NCBI GenBank assembly: GCA_050183395.1
Contig: JBFXBJ010000001.1
Coordinates: forward strand, 1 to 52,563
Length of the DNA stretch: 52,563 bases
Direction of reading: 5' to 3'
Origin: Planctomycetaceae bacterium
GTDB lineage: Bacteria; Planctomycetota; Planctomycetia; Planctomycetales; Planctomycetaceae
Positions within the stretch are counted from its first letter, which is position 1. Every line of letters begins with the position of its first letter. Position numbers and translations under genes: made by a program. The notes under the pieces are model-generated. The model saw only the letters and a program-made list of their open reading frames with translations, did not search any database and had not been told where the DNA came from. Shown here one piece after another: positions 44,023 to 52,563 of the stretch.

Positions 44023-45582
44023 TCACAGGAGCGCGTGGATTGGCGTGCCGCGATGAATGCGATAGGGACGCCCCGCCGCATCGTGAAACTCCCGGTCGGA
44101 GCCGATGCCGAGGCAATGGAAGATGGTCGCGGAGAGGTCCTCCGGGGTATACGCGTCGGTTACCGGCAACCCGCCCTGTGCGTCGGTCTGTCCGATGACG
44201 CGGCCCGGCTGAATCCCCCCGCCCGCGAACCAGCAGGGAAACACATCCCCCCAGTGGTGGCGCCCCGGCGTAAACGGCTCGCCCGAGGCGTTCGTTCCAC
44301 TGGCGCTGATGGGTGAAATCTGCGGCGTCCGCCCCATCTCGCCGCACATGACGACCAGTGTCTCGTCGAGCAGGCCGCGATCAGCGAGGTCGTCAAGAAA
44401 CCCGCTCAGGCAATGGTCGATCGACGGCAGCAGTTTTCCCTTCAAGTCGCGAAACGCATTCTGGTGCGTATCCCAACCGCGGAGGTTGACCTGGACCATT
44501 CGTACTCCGGCCTCAATCAGGCGCCGGGCGACGAGAAACCCCTGTCCCCACTCCTCTCGACCATACAAGTCGCGTACCGAGTCCGATTCCTGCGCGAGGT
44601 CGAACGGATTGTGGCGGCCCGGCCGCGACGCCAGCACAAACTGCATCGCCTGCCGTCGGTAGATGTCCCAGGCGTTCAGCACACCCGCGTTCTCGGCCCG
44701 ATCGATGCCCCGCCGGAGCGCCTCCAGTCGGCCGAGCAATGCACTGCGGTTTGCAAGTTGCGGAAGTGCGATCCCGCCGGAGGCGCCGAAGTCGGGTAAG
44801 CGAAAGCCGGCATCGCGACAACTCGTGTTGTCCCACCACGCCTTGGGGCCGGGACCGGGCGCCCGCTCGGGATCGAGATTGGGATCGTCGTGGCTGAAAC
44901 AGTTTGGACAGGAGCCGGCGGCGTCCTTCGCGTTGCAGCGCGGCGCCAGGTCGACTCCCAGCCGGTCGTATCGCGGCCCCAGGATGGCTGAGTCGCGCCC
45001 CGGGTACTTCATGAGGGCGGTCCGGGGCAGCTCGATCACCGACGGCAGCCCGACGTCCTCGTTTGACGGAGCCGCGTAGGCGATCATCGATCCGATCGAC
45101 GGCCACGCGATCCGTCCGGCGCGGGGCGTGATGATCGAGGCGTTGGTGTCGCCCACCGGCAGCGCGGCCGTGCCGGAATGCAACAGGTAATGGCAACTGC
45201 TGTGCTCGTTGCGAAACTGCCGGTCGGCGACATGGTGCATGGTGCGCACGATGGAGAACAAATGCGTCCGCGCGGCCAGTTTCGGCAGGTATTCGCAGAA
45301 GCGGATGCCCGGCAATCCGGTTTGCGCCGTGCTGTATTCGCCGCGAATGGTGTCCGGGGCATCCGGCTTGGGGTCGACCGTCTCATGTTGCGACGGTCCG
45401 CCCGACTGAAAAATGAACACGACCGTCTTCGCCGTCGGCACGTTCTGTGTCCCGGCCGCCTGCGCTTCGAGGCGCAGCAGGTCACCCAGCCCCATCCCCA
45501 CCAAGCTCATGCCGCCCACCTGCAGCAGTTCCCGCCGCCCGATGTGCGGATGGTCGTCGCGTCGGCATCCCTCGCGGTGCAT
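44023..45582 (-). CDS. DUF1501 domain protein with a twin-arginine-like leader
   Basis: GRRELL leader, FIFQSGGPSQHETVDPKPDAP, and CGEMGRTP...GRHHW. ATG 45582 was chosen; the ORF track extends to 45618. Confidence 0.9.
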   Translation of the reverse strand: MHREGCRRDDHPHIGRRELLQVGGMSLVGMGLGDLLRLEAQAAGTQNVPTAKTVVFIFQSGGPSQHETVDPKPDAPDTIRGEYSTAQTGLPGIRFCEYLPKLAARTHLFSIVRTMHHVADRQFRNEHSSCHYLLHSGTAALPVGDTNASIITPRAGRIAWPSIGSMIAYAAPSNEDVGLPSVIELPRTALMKYPGRDSAILGPRYDRLGVDLAPRCNAKDAAGSCPNCFSHDDPNLDPERAPGPGPKAWWDNTSCRDAGFRLPDFGASGGIALPQLANRSALLGRLEALRRGIDRAENAGVLNAWDIYRRQAMQFVLASRPGRHNPFDLAQESDSVRDLYGREEWGQGFLVARRLIEAGVRMVQVNLRGWDTHQNAFRDLKGKLLPSIDHCLSGFLDDLADRGLLDETLVVMCGEMGRTPQISPISASGTNASGEPFTPGRHHWGDVFPCWFAGGGIQPGRVIGQTDAQGGLPVTDAYTPEDLSATIFHCLGIGSDREFHDAAGRPYRIHRGTPIHALL

Positions 45583-45904
45583 GGCCGAACTCCCGGGATG
45601 GTCACAGCAGATCGCCAAATCGGTACTTTAGCACGGCGGGAGCGTTTCGCGTTAGCCTGAGAGATCATCCTGAACAAACAATAATCCGCCGTGGCTCTCG
45701 GCATGGCCTCTTGCCGGACGGACCAAACGAGGCAGGCGTGCCGCAACCGGGGCAGCCGTGCTGACGAATTGGGCGGCCGTTGTGCGAGCGGCGAGGTCAG
45801 CTTGCTGGATTTGACGGAGTTTTCGTCGACGTCGGGTTTTGGCATGCGTGTTGCCCTTTTGATGGCCGTGCTCGCTGGGCGGTCACACGAAAGGGTACAC
45901 CGTC

Positions 45905-46258
45905 ATGCGATTAAGGCTGTACGAAGTCGGCGAGGGGCGCGGGCTTGTCCACCGTCTGGAAGGTTTTCCGGTGACGCTCTCAACCACCACAGAAGGTGAA
46001 TTGTGCATCAACCCGCCCGAGCCGGGGCCGCTGCGCTGCGTGTTGAGTGAGGACCGCGGCAACATCCTCATTCAAAACCGGGACGATCGCGGTGAAGTCC
46101 TCCTCAACAACCTGCCGATCGAACAGGGAGGTTTGATGCCGGGCGATTCATTGACGCTGGGCGACCGGGCCTTTCTGGTTTCCTACGAACGAGTCACGGC
46201 CGAGCCGCCCCCTGCCTGTCGATTCCGGCTCGCCGAGCCGCGCGGCTCTGTGACCTGA
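45905..46258 (+). CDS. small FHA-like domain protein (tentative)
   Basis: The pattern ...LSEDRGNILIQNRDDRGEVLLNNLPIEQGGLMPGDSLTLGDRAFLVSY resembles the FHA core (GxxVNGxxI...LxxGDxIxLG). AAAGGG lies upstream of the ATG. Confidence 0.45.
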   Translation: MRLRLYEVGEGRGLVHRLEGFPVTLSTTTEGELCINPPEPGPLRCVLSEDRGNILIQNRDDRGEVLLNNLPIEQGGLMPGDSLTLGDRAFLVSYERVTAEPPPACRFRLAEPRGSVT

Positions 46259-46410
46259 TCGCCGTTCCGGGCAGTTTCCAGTGACCCGGCGGACGATTTC
46301 GGGTGCATTCCGCGGGGTGATGATTCCGAAGCTATCATTACGGTGTGGCCGACGCGACCGTCCGTTGTACGCTCGCCACCGGACAATGCGACACAAGCTT
46401 TGGAATCGAA

Positions 46411-47151
46411 ATGAGTTACAGCAAGCACTGCATTGCCGCCTGCGCCGTCTGCCTGATCGGCATCTCCTTACCGGCCGCCCAGTCCGGACCTGTATCATCA
46501 CAGATCACAACGGAACCGGTCCATTTCCCATCTCCTGCGAAGGTTGACGAAGCCGTCGCCCAGTACCTGGAAAGCCTGACGGACCGTCGCGAAGACGATC
46601 TCTTGTCTCGTGGCGATGTCACGCCGCTGTTTGACGTCCTGGAGGACATCGGCTGGGACGTCGATCCTCATACGCGGAAAGAGCTCGCAGGCCGGTCGCT
46701 GGAAGACTCCGACTGGCTGGTCCGGACCCTGCGGACCCGCAAGGGGACGCATTTCATGCGGGACATGTCCAGTTTTCCCGGCGGCTATGACCGCCTCGAC
46801 CGGATGCGGCAGCAGCCGCAGGGGAAACGGGAGTTGCAAGGGCTGATCGACTCACCCGGCGGCGCCAAACTGATCGAGTACCTCACGACAACCAAACCAG
46901 GGCGCAACACCGGCGCGCAGATCCCCAGCGGCCGCGGCGGGGCCAAATTCAACACTCCCACCAATCGCCTCTACACCAAAGAGGATATCGCTAAGCAAAT
47001 CAGGCTGAGCTACGCCGCCGAAGCCGAACGGCGCCTGCAGGCGACTTCCGTCCACACCGGTCGAGCGAACCCGGCGACCGCCCCGCCGGAGCCGTCCCCC
47101 GAGCCGGGCGACGCCGCACCCAATGAGCCGTCGCTCTCCGTCGAGGAGTGA
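46411..47151 (+). CDS. secreted hypothetical protein
   Basis: ATG 46411 gives the signal peptide MSYSKHCIAACAVCLIGISLPAAQS. I recognise no family. Confidence 0.55.
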   Translation: MSYSKHCIAACAVCLIGISLPAAQSGPVSSQITTEPVHFPSPAKVDEAVAQYLESLTDRREDDLLSRGDVTPLFDVLEDIGWDVDPHTRKELAGRSLEDSDWLVRTLRTRKGTHFMRDMSSFPGGYDRLDRMRQQPQGKRELQGLIDSPGGAKLIEYLTTTKPGRNTGAQIPSGRGGAKFNTPTNRLYTKEDIAKQIRLSYAAEAERRLQATSVHTGRANPATAPPEPSPEPGDAAPNEPSLSVEE

Positions 47152-47202
47152 TGCACGCCGCAATCGGACGAGTGGGTGAGTGGGAAATCCCCAACTCGCC
47201 AG

Positions 47203-48048
47203 TCAGGGTGTTTCTGTTCTTGGCGCCGGAGGCCGGCGGAAGACTTTCTGGTGGGCTTCGTACACGCGGCGGAGTTCGCGGATGGGGGATTCGTGATCGT
47301 CGACGCGCAGGTCGCGAAACCGGTCGCTCTGACCGTCATAACCCCAGCCTTCGCGGACGATGAGCAGCGCGGCGGATTGCATGCCCCGGCGGTCCCCTCC
47401 AGCCGCTTGACCCGCGTCGAGCGCGGCGAGCAGCCGCAGCGCGAGTTCCCCCTCCGTCTCCTCAAACGCGCGTCCCATCGCTTCGATGACCTGCGGTCCG
47501 GCGAGGATGTTCCCCTGGACGGCATAGTTCGTTCCTGTCTTTGAGCCGGCCCACACGGGGCACTCGTCCCCCGTGAAGGAGGCGACGCGCCCCTGCGCGT
47601 CGACCACGCCCAGCTGGCGGGCGGCACGCTCGTCATCGCCATTGGTCAGCCGCATGACGACCTCCTCCGGCGATTTCCCCTCCGCCAAAAGCGTCAGACC
47701 CTGAGAGCCGTACCGGGTATTCGCATACGACTGCGTGGCGATCGCGCCGACGCCCGCTTTGGCAAACGGCACAATCGCCCCCACCGCCGGCAACCGCGAC
47801 TGCACCGCAATCCCCAACTCGCCGGTCTGCGGATCGCACGCGACAATCGAGAACGTAGAGATGGTGGGTGTTTGCCGGTCACGCGGTGCTTGTGGGTGCG
47901 TTCCACCGGCGAGTGCAATCGGTATGACAGAAACGAAAGAGCAAAGCATGGAGATCGCAAATTGTCGGAAAATGATTCGATACAACATTCTTGTGCCCCT
48001 CCCCATGCACCATGCCGTCGTTGACGCGACACACCGAATCCGGCTCAT
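47203..48048 (-). CDS. DUF1028 family (Ntn-hydrolase-like) protein
   Basis: TFSIVACDPQTGELGIAVQSRLPAVGAIVPFAKAGVGAIATQS. ATG 48048 overlaps the upstream stop as ATGA. ATG 47988 is an alternative that gives a shorter signal peptide. Confidence 0.8.
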   Translation of the reverse strand: MSRIRCVASTTAWCMGRGTRMLYRIIFRQFAISMLCSFVSVIPIALAGGTHPQAPRDRQTPTISTFSIVACDPQTGELGIAVQSRLPAVGAIVPFAKAGVGAIATQSYANTRYGSQGLTLLAEGKSPEEVVMRLTNGDDERAARQLGVVDAQGRVASFTGDECPVWAGSKTGTNYAVQGNILAGPQVIEAMGRAFEETEGELALRLLAALDAGQAAGGDRRGMQSAALLIVREGWGYDGQSDRFRDLRVDDHESPIRELRRVYEAHQKVFRRPPAPRTETP

Positions 48049-49556
48049 AGTTTTGCATTGCTCTTCCCGGATTGCGACCGCTCGGACAGCAGTTTCCCGC
48101 ACAGCCGGCCGCTGGTGATGGCCCAGGCGATGTGCAGGCCGTGGCCCCAGAGGATTTGTCCGCCGAGCCCGTTCTGTCCGACGGCGTACAGGCCCGGAAT
48201 GGGGAGACCGGTCTCGTCGAGCACGCGAAACTGCATGTCGATGGCGGCTCCTCCTTCGGTCGTGGTGAAGTACGCCTTCACGGGACCAAGCAATACCCAG
48301 CGGTTGCCGCGCATGTCGCCGGCGGAGACCCGCAGCGCGTTGGCGGGGATATCTCGGACTTGGGCAACTCCCTCAAGTGAATCGCCGGTGACGGCGACAT
48401 CGGGTCGCAGACGGAGATAGTCCTCCACGTAGGCATAGGCAATTTGCGGCGCCGTTGAGATGAAGTGGGGCCATTGGCTGTATCGGTCACACAATCCTTC
48501 GTCGAGCAGCAGATAGGCGATCTTCCCCGGCTGCCGGGCGACGGCGATCTCACGTTCGGGCCACTGTCTCTCATCGCAAAACCGCTCGCCGCGCTGGTTG
48601 ACGAGGATCGCTCCGTCGTCGAACAGGGCGTTCTCGGGATGCTGCCAGGTGACGATCAGCCGCTTCGTCACGGCGGCGACAAGCGCACGGGGCGCCAGGG
48701 GAATCAAATGTTTCGTCACCGTCGCCAGCCGTCCATGCGACGGGAGTTTCGACAACCACCGCAGAGCTGAAACCGGCGGCGGGATGAATCGCAGCTCCGG
48801 ACCGTAGGTGACGTCCATATTGACCAGCCGCGCGCCGGCGCGCTCCGCCAATACATGTCCATACCCCGTGCTGTGGGGGTTGATCCCCTCAATGGCCGAG
48901 AAGGCGTCTCCTTTGAAACGGGCGATGGTGTGCGGCGAGTTGGCGTAATCTCCCGCTGCGAGGATGACTCCGCACGTTGCCGTGAACTCGCGACGGCGGC
49001 CGCTCACGGTCGTAATGACTCCGGTCACCACACCGTCGGAAACGACCAGCCTGTCAACGCCCGCGTCACAGAGGATCGTTCCGCCACAGAGTTTCGTCTT
49101 TGCGGCGAGCGCATCGATGTACGCCTTCGCCGAAGGCGCGACGTTGTGCATCCGCGGGACGCGATTGGGCGGCTCGGGGGACGGCCCATGAAACACCAGC
49201 CCCATTCCGCACAGCCAGTCGAGCGTCTCAGCGGTGTGCGAGAGGAAGAACCTGCGGAGTCCAACGGCGTTGCGGGACTCGATCGGCTCGGGCGCGAACT
49301 TGCCGCAGTCTTCCGCATGCGCATCGAGCGAGTCTTCGACGCCGGCCCGCGTCTGAAATACTGTGCCGTTGGCGGTGAAGGAGCCCACCGCGATCCCCGT
49401 CGTACCGCCCAGCGACGGTTGCTTCTCCAGTAGCAGGACGCGGGCCCCGTGTTCCGCCGCACTCGCCGCCGCCGCCAGACCGCTCCCCCCGCCCCCCACA
49501 ACGATCACGTCATACGCGGCATCCTCGGATTGCATGAGAGAGTGAAGCGCCCCCAA
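48045..49556 (-). CDS. FAD-dependent oxidoreductase (FAD_binding_2, fumarate reductase/KstD-like)
   Basis: YDVIVVGGGGSGLAAAASAAEHGARVLLLEKQPSLGGTT dinucleotide-binding motif. The C-terminal GLYAVGQNGLGG is typical of the family. Confidence 0.85.
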   Translation of the reverse strand: MGALHSLMQSEDAAYDVIVVGGGGSGLAAAASAAEHGARVLLLEKQPSLGGTTGIAVGSFTANGTVFQTRAGVEDSLDAHAEDCGKFAPEPIESRNAVGLRRFFLSHTAETLDWLCGMGLVFHGPSPEPPNRVPRMHNVAPSAKAYIDALAAKTKLCGGTILCDAGVDRLVVSDGVVTGVITTVSGRRREFTATCGVILAAGDYANSPHTIARFKGDAFSAIEGINPHSTGYGHVLAERAGARLVNMDVTYGPELRFIPPPVSALRWLSKLPSHGRLATVTKHLIPLAPRALVAAVTKRLIVTWQHPENALFDDGAILVNQRGERFCDERQWPEREIAVARQPGKIAYLLLDEGLCDRYSQWPHFISTAPQIAYAYVEDYLRLRPDVAVTGDSLEGVAQVRDIPANALRVSAGDMRGNRWVLLGPVKAYFTTTEGGAAIDMQFRVLDETGLPIPGLYAVGQNGLGGQILWGHGLHIAWAITSGRLCGKLLSERSQSGKSNAKL

Positions 49557-49641
49557 CTGTAAGGTTCACCGACGGATGGAGTCGGGTGAGGTGCACCGAC
49601 AGTGCCGGCCGGATCATCGCCAATCCGTTCGCGGTGACAAT

Positions 49642-50028
49642 TCACCCGGTGAACAGCGTGCGGTCATCAACAAAACTGATCCGGCTTCCGAACGGATCGC
49701 TGGCATAGAACATACGTTCGCCCCACGGCATTTCCAGAATCGAACTGTCGACCGTGCCGCCGGCCGATTGGACTCGTTCCAAGACGGCCTCAAGGTCGGG
49801 CACCGTAAAGTAAAGATACTGCAACGGGTGCGATTGCCAGCCATCCTGATCACCGTCACCGTCCGCTACCGGATCGTAGCATGCCAGGATGTTGCCGCCA
49901 CAATCAAAATAATGTCGGCCGGAAGAAACACGTTCGCCCGGAGCGCCCAGCACCTCGGCGTAGAAAGCCGCCGCCCGTTCAATATCGGTGACGGGCAAAA
50001 TGACACGATAGAGACGCGGTGTTGACAT
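49642..50028 (-). CDS. VOC (glyoxalase/bleomycin resistance/dioxygenase) family protein
   Basis: 128 aa; LYRVILPVTDIERAAAFYAEVLG...YFTVPDLEAVLERVQSAGG...WGERMFYASDPFG. Confidence 0.8.
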   Translation of the reverse strand: MSTPRLYRVILPVTDIERAAAFYAEVLGAPGERVSSGRHYFDCGGNILACYDPVADGDGDQDGWQSHPLQYLYFTVPDLEAVLERVQSAGGTVDSSILEMPWGERMFYASDPFGSRISFVDDRTLFTG

Positions 50029-50133
50029 GTATTGTGTGAATGCGGACCCACAAGATTTGAACCGCGGATGACCGGCAGCCTACACATCGCCATGTCGCCA
50101 GACGCGTGTCTTGACTCTTTTGTGACCGGCGGT

Positions 50134-50940
50134 CTACGCACTCTCCTCAATCACCGGATTTGTCAACGCGCCGATGCCGTCGATTTCGATCGTCACCGAG
50201 TCGCCCGGTTGCAGGAACACCGGGGGAGTCCTTGCCCCGCCGACCCCGTGCGGGGTGCCGGTGAGGATCACCGTGCCGGGGAGAAGGACCGTGCTGCCGC
50301 TCAAGAACTCGATGAGCGTGGGGACGTCGAAGATCATGTCATTCGTGTTCCAGTCCTGCATGACGTGGCCGTTGAGGATCGTGCGGATTGCGAGTGCGTT
50401 GGGGTCCGCGATCTCATCCGCCGTCACGAGGCACGGACCGAGCGGACAGAACGTGGCGAACGTCTTGCCGCGGCACCACTGGCTGCCGCCCCACTGGAGT
50501 TGCCAGTCGCGAGCGCTGACGTCGTTGGCGCAGGTGTAACCCAGGACGTAACCGAGCGCCTCGGCGCGCGACACGTTGTGACATCGTTTGCCGATCACGA
50601 CCGCGAGCTCGCATTCGTAGTCGACCTTGTCGCTTCGCAAATGCCGCGGCAGCACAATCGGCTGGTCCGGATGCTGCACGGCGCCGCAGTTCTTCATGAA
50701 CACGACCGGATGCTCCGGGATTTTGTTCTTCCCCTCAGCCGCGTGTTTGCGGTAGTTCAACCCGATGCAGATGATGTCCTGTGGCTCGAACGGCGCCAGC
50801 AGCTTCTCCGCGACGACCGCTTCCCCGGTGTCGCGCAGGTCGCCGTACAAATCCCCCTCCAGGCGGGTCACGCTTCCATCAGCGTGCTGAGAGCCGTATT
50901 GGACTTGACCGTGCGAATCGATGAAGCGGACGATTTTCAT
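50134..50940 (-). CDS. fumarylacetoacetate hydrolase (FAH) family protein
   Basis: IICIGLNYRKHAAE, DYECELAVVIGK and GTVILTGTPHGVG motifs. Confidence 0.9.
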   Translation of the reverse strand: MKIVRFIDSHGQVQYGSQHADGSVTRLEGDLYGDLRDTGEAVVAEKLLAPFEPQDIICIGLNYRKHAAEGKNKIPEHPVVFMKNCGAVQHPDQPIVLPRHLRSDKVDYECELAVVIGKRCHNVSRAEALGYVLGYTCANDVSARDWQLQWGGSQWCRGKTFATFCPLGPCLVTADEIADPNALAIRTILNGHVMQDWNTNDMIFDVPTLIEFLSGSTVLLPGTVILTGTPHGVGGARTPPVFLQPGDSVTIEIDGIGALTNPVIEESA

Positions 50941-50996
50941 GGCAGATCGGGGGGTAGATCGGGAAGTTGAGCGCGCCGCACATGTGAAATGTGCGG

Positions 50997-52469
50997 CTAA
51001 ACCGGCGGATTTGCAACTGACTCAGCCGGCGGATTTGCAAGGATCTCATTCACGACCCGCGCCGGGCGGCTGTTGGTGATGATCTGCTCCTGAGCGTTGT
51101 GGTGGTACACGAGGTTCTGCCAATCGAGGCCGAACAGATGCAGGAGGGTCGCCTGATAGTCGTTGGGAGTGAGGACGTTTTCCACCGCCTTATGGCCGAA
51201 CTCGTCGGTGTTGCCGTAGGTCATGCCCGGCTTGATGCCGCCGCCCGCCAACCAGATGCTGAACCCCTGGCCGTTGTGATCGCGCCCGGCCTTGCTGATG
51301 TCCCCCTCGCTCTGCACGACCGGAAGGCGGCCGATTTCGCCCCCCCAATGCACGATCGTCGAATCAAGCAGGCCCCGCTGTTTGAGGTCTTTGACGAGAG
51401 CTGCTGCGGGTTTGTCAGTGCGGCGGGTGATGCCGGGCAGACTTTCCTTGATGTTGCTGTGATTGTCCCACGGCTGCCCGCCGAGGAAGAGCTGGACAAA
51501 CCGCACGCCCCGCTCGACGAGCCGCCGCGCGATCAGACAGCGGGTGCCGTAGTCGCGAGTCGCGTCCTCGTCGATGCCGTACATCTGTTGCGTGGCCAAG
51601 GTCTCGCCGGAGATATCGAGCGCTTCGCGGGCGGCGGTCTGCATCCGCGCAGCGAGTTCGTAACTGGCGATGCGGGCTTCGAGGTCGGATTGTCCGGGAT
51701 GCTGCTCGAGGTGCTGCCGGTTCAGCGTCTGCAAGAGCTCCAGGTTCTGCTGTTGCAGCGTGCCGCGCAGATGGGGCGGCGCATCGAGGTTGAGAATGCG
51801 CGGGTCCCTGGGGCGGAGGACCGTTCCCTGAAACAGGGCCGGCATGAAGCCGTTCGACCAGTTGTTCGTGCCGTCGACCGGATGTCCGCCCGGATCGGTC
51901 AGCACCATGTACGCCGGCAGGTCCTGCGTTTCCGATCCCAGCCCGTACAGGAGCCAGGACGCCATGTGCGGGCGGCCCAGCACGCCCGGAATGCCGCCGT
52001 GAAAGTAACGGATCGAGACTTCGTGCCCGTTCGCCCCCGTGTGCATGCTGCGGATGAGGCAGATGTCATCCACGATATCCGCCGTAAATGGGAGCAGTTC
52101 GGAAAGCTCCGTGCCGCACTCGCCATGTTTGTGAAACTGGAACGGCGAACCGAGCAGCTTCTTGCTCGCCGCGTTGATGAAGCTGTACTCGATGTCCTCG
52201 GCATAGTCCGTGCCGCTGTACTTGGTGAGCGCAGGCTTCGGGTCGGTCAGGTCCAGATGGGCCGGACCGCCGTGCTGGAACAGCGAGATCATGGCCCGGG
52301 CCTGCGGAGCGAAATGCGGGTCCTTCGGCCGCAGATCGAAGTGCGGCGTCTGTTTGGGGATGTTCTTCGGAGTCGCCAGCAGGTGGTCCTGCTTGAGCAG
52401 CCACGCCAGCGCAACCGCGCCGACGCCCATCGCGTTCTGATGGAGAAAGTCGCGTCTGGTGAGGGTCAT
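50997..52469 (-). CDS. DUF1501 domain protein with a twin-arginine leader
   Basis: MTLTRRDFL leader, LFQHGGPAHLDLTDPKP, and GGEIGRLP...GRDHN. The ATG at 52469 was chosen; the ORF track extends to 52547. Confidence 0.9.
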   Translation of the reverse strand: MTLTRRDFLHQNAMGVGAVALAWLLKQDHLLATPKNIPKQTPHFDLRPKDPHFAPQARAMISLFQHGGPAHLDLTDPKPALTKYSGTDYAEDIEYSFINAASKKLLGSPFQFHKHGECGTELSELLPFTADIVDDICLIRSMHTGANGHEVSIRYFHGGIPGVLGRPHMASWLLYGLGSETQDLPAYMVLTDPGGHPVDGTNNWSNGFMPALFQGTVLRPRDPRILNLDAPPHLRGTLQQQNLELLQTLNRQHLEQHPGQSDLEARIASYELAARMQTAAREALDISGETLATQQMYGIDEDATRDYGTRCLIARRLVERGVRFVQLFLGGQPWDNHSNIKESLPGITRRTDKPAAALVKDLKQRGLLDSTIVHWGGEIGRLPVVQSEGDISKAGRDHNGQGFSIWLAGGGIKPGMTYGNTDEFGHKAVENVLTPNDYQATLLHLFGLDWQNLVYHHNAQEQIITNSRPARVVNEILANPPAESVANPPV

Positions 52470-52563
52470 ACGATTGGTCCCACTGGTTACAAACGACGGT
52501 CTACGTTCGTCGCGTCGTTTAGCCGCGAGGCATCGCCGAGCGACCATCGTCAGCGCTCGCCGT

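Noticed and set aside
1-52563. A scan for CRISPR arrays, transposases or integrases, phage genes and known defence-system genes.
   Set aside because: I found no regularly spaced identical repeats of CRISPR size. No DDE, serine or tyrosine recombinase motifs, and no nuclease, ATPase or reverse-transcriptase combinations typical of defence systems, were seen in any credible ORF.

Overview
High-GC window that looks like core chromosome from a Planctomycetota genome. The evidence is four DUF1501 sulfatase-like genes with twin-arginine leaders, three PSCyt/DUF1549/DUF1553 genes, an SHD1-domain protein, BatA_N/VWA membrane proteins and orphan TadE-like pseudopilins. About 40 protein genes are supportable. 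They include tgt-yajC-secDF, prpB-prpC with a divergent acyl-CoA synthetase, floA, a MOFRL glycerate kinase, a KAS III-like condensing enzyme next to an MMPL/RND transporter, a solo groES-like gene, a Y-family polymerase, a large PQQ-type dehydrogenase with cytochrome c motifs, a CHAD protein, and a FAH-VOC-FAD oxidoreductase-DUF1028 operon. I found no rRNA, tRNA, CRISPR array, transposase, integrase or recognisable defence gene. The most unusual signals are non-coding. One is a roughly 280-320 nt multi-hairpin repeat present twice, each time in a ~750 nt intergenic region, with a compensatory base-pair change between copies. Another is a ~200 nt GA-rich/CT-rich inverted-repeat element embedded in frame inside a DUF1553 gene. 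A third is four tandem 16-nt units plus an inverted repeat between two BatA-like genes. The fourth is an AT-rich promoter/operator abutting the start codon of the Y-family polymerase. All family calls come from motifs read by eye in the ORF translations. No database search was run, and several start codons are uncertain.
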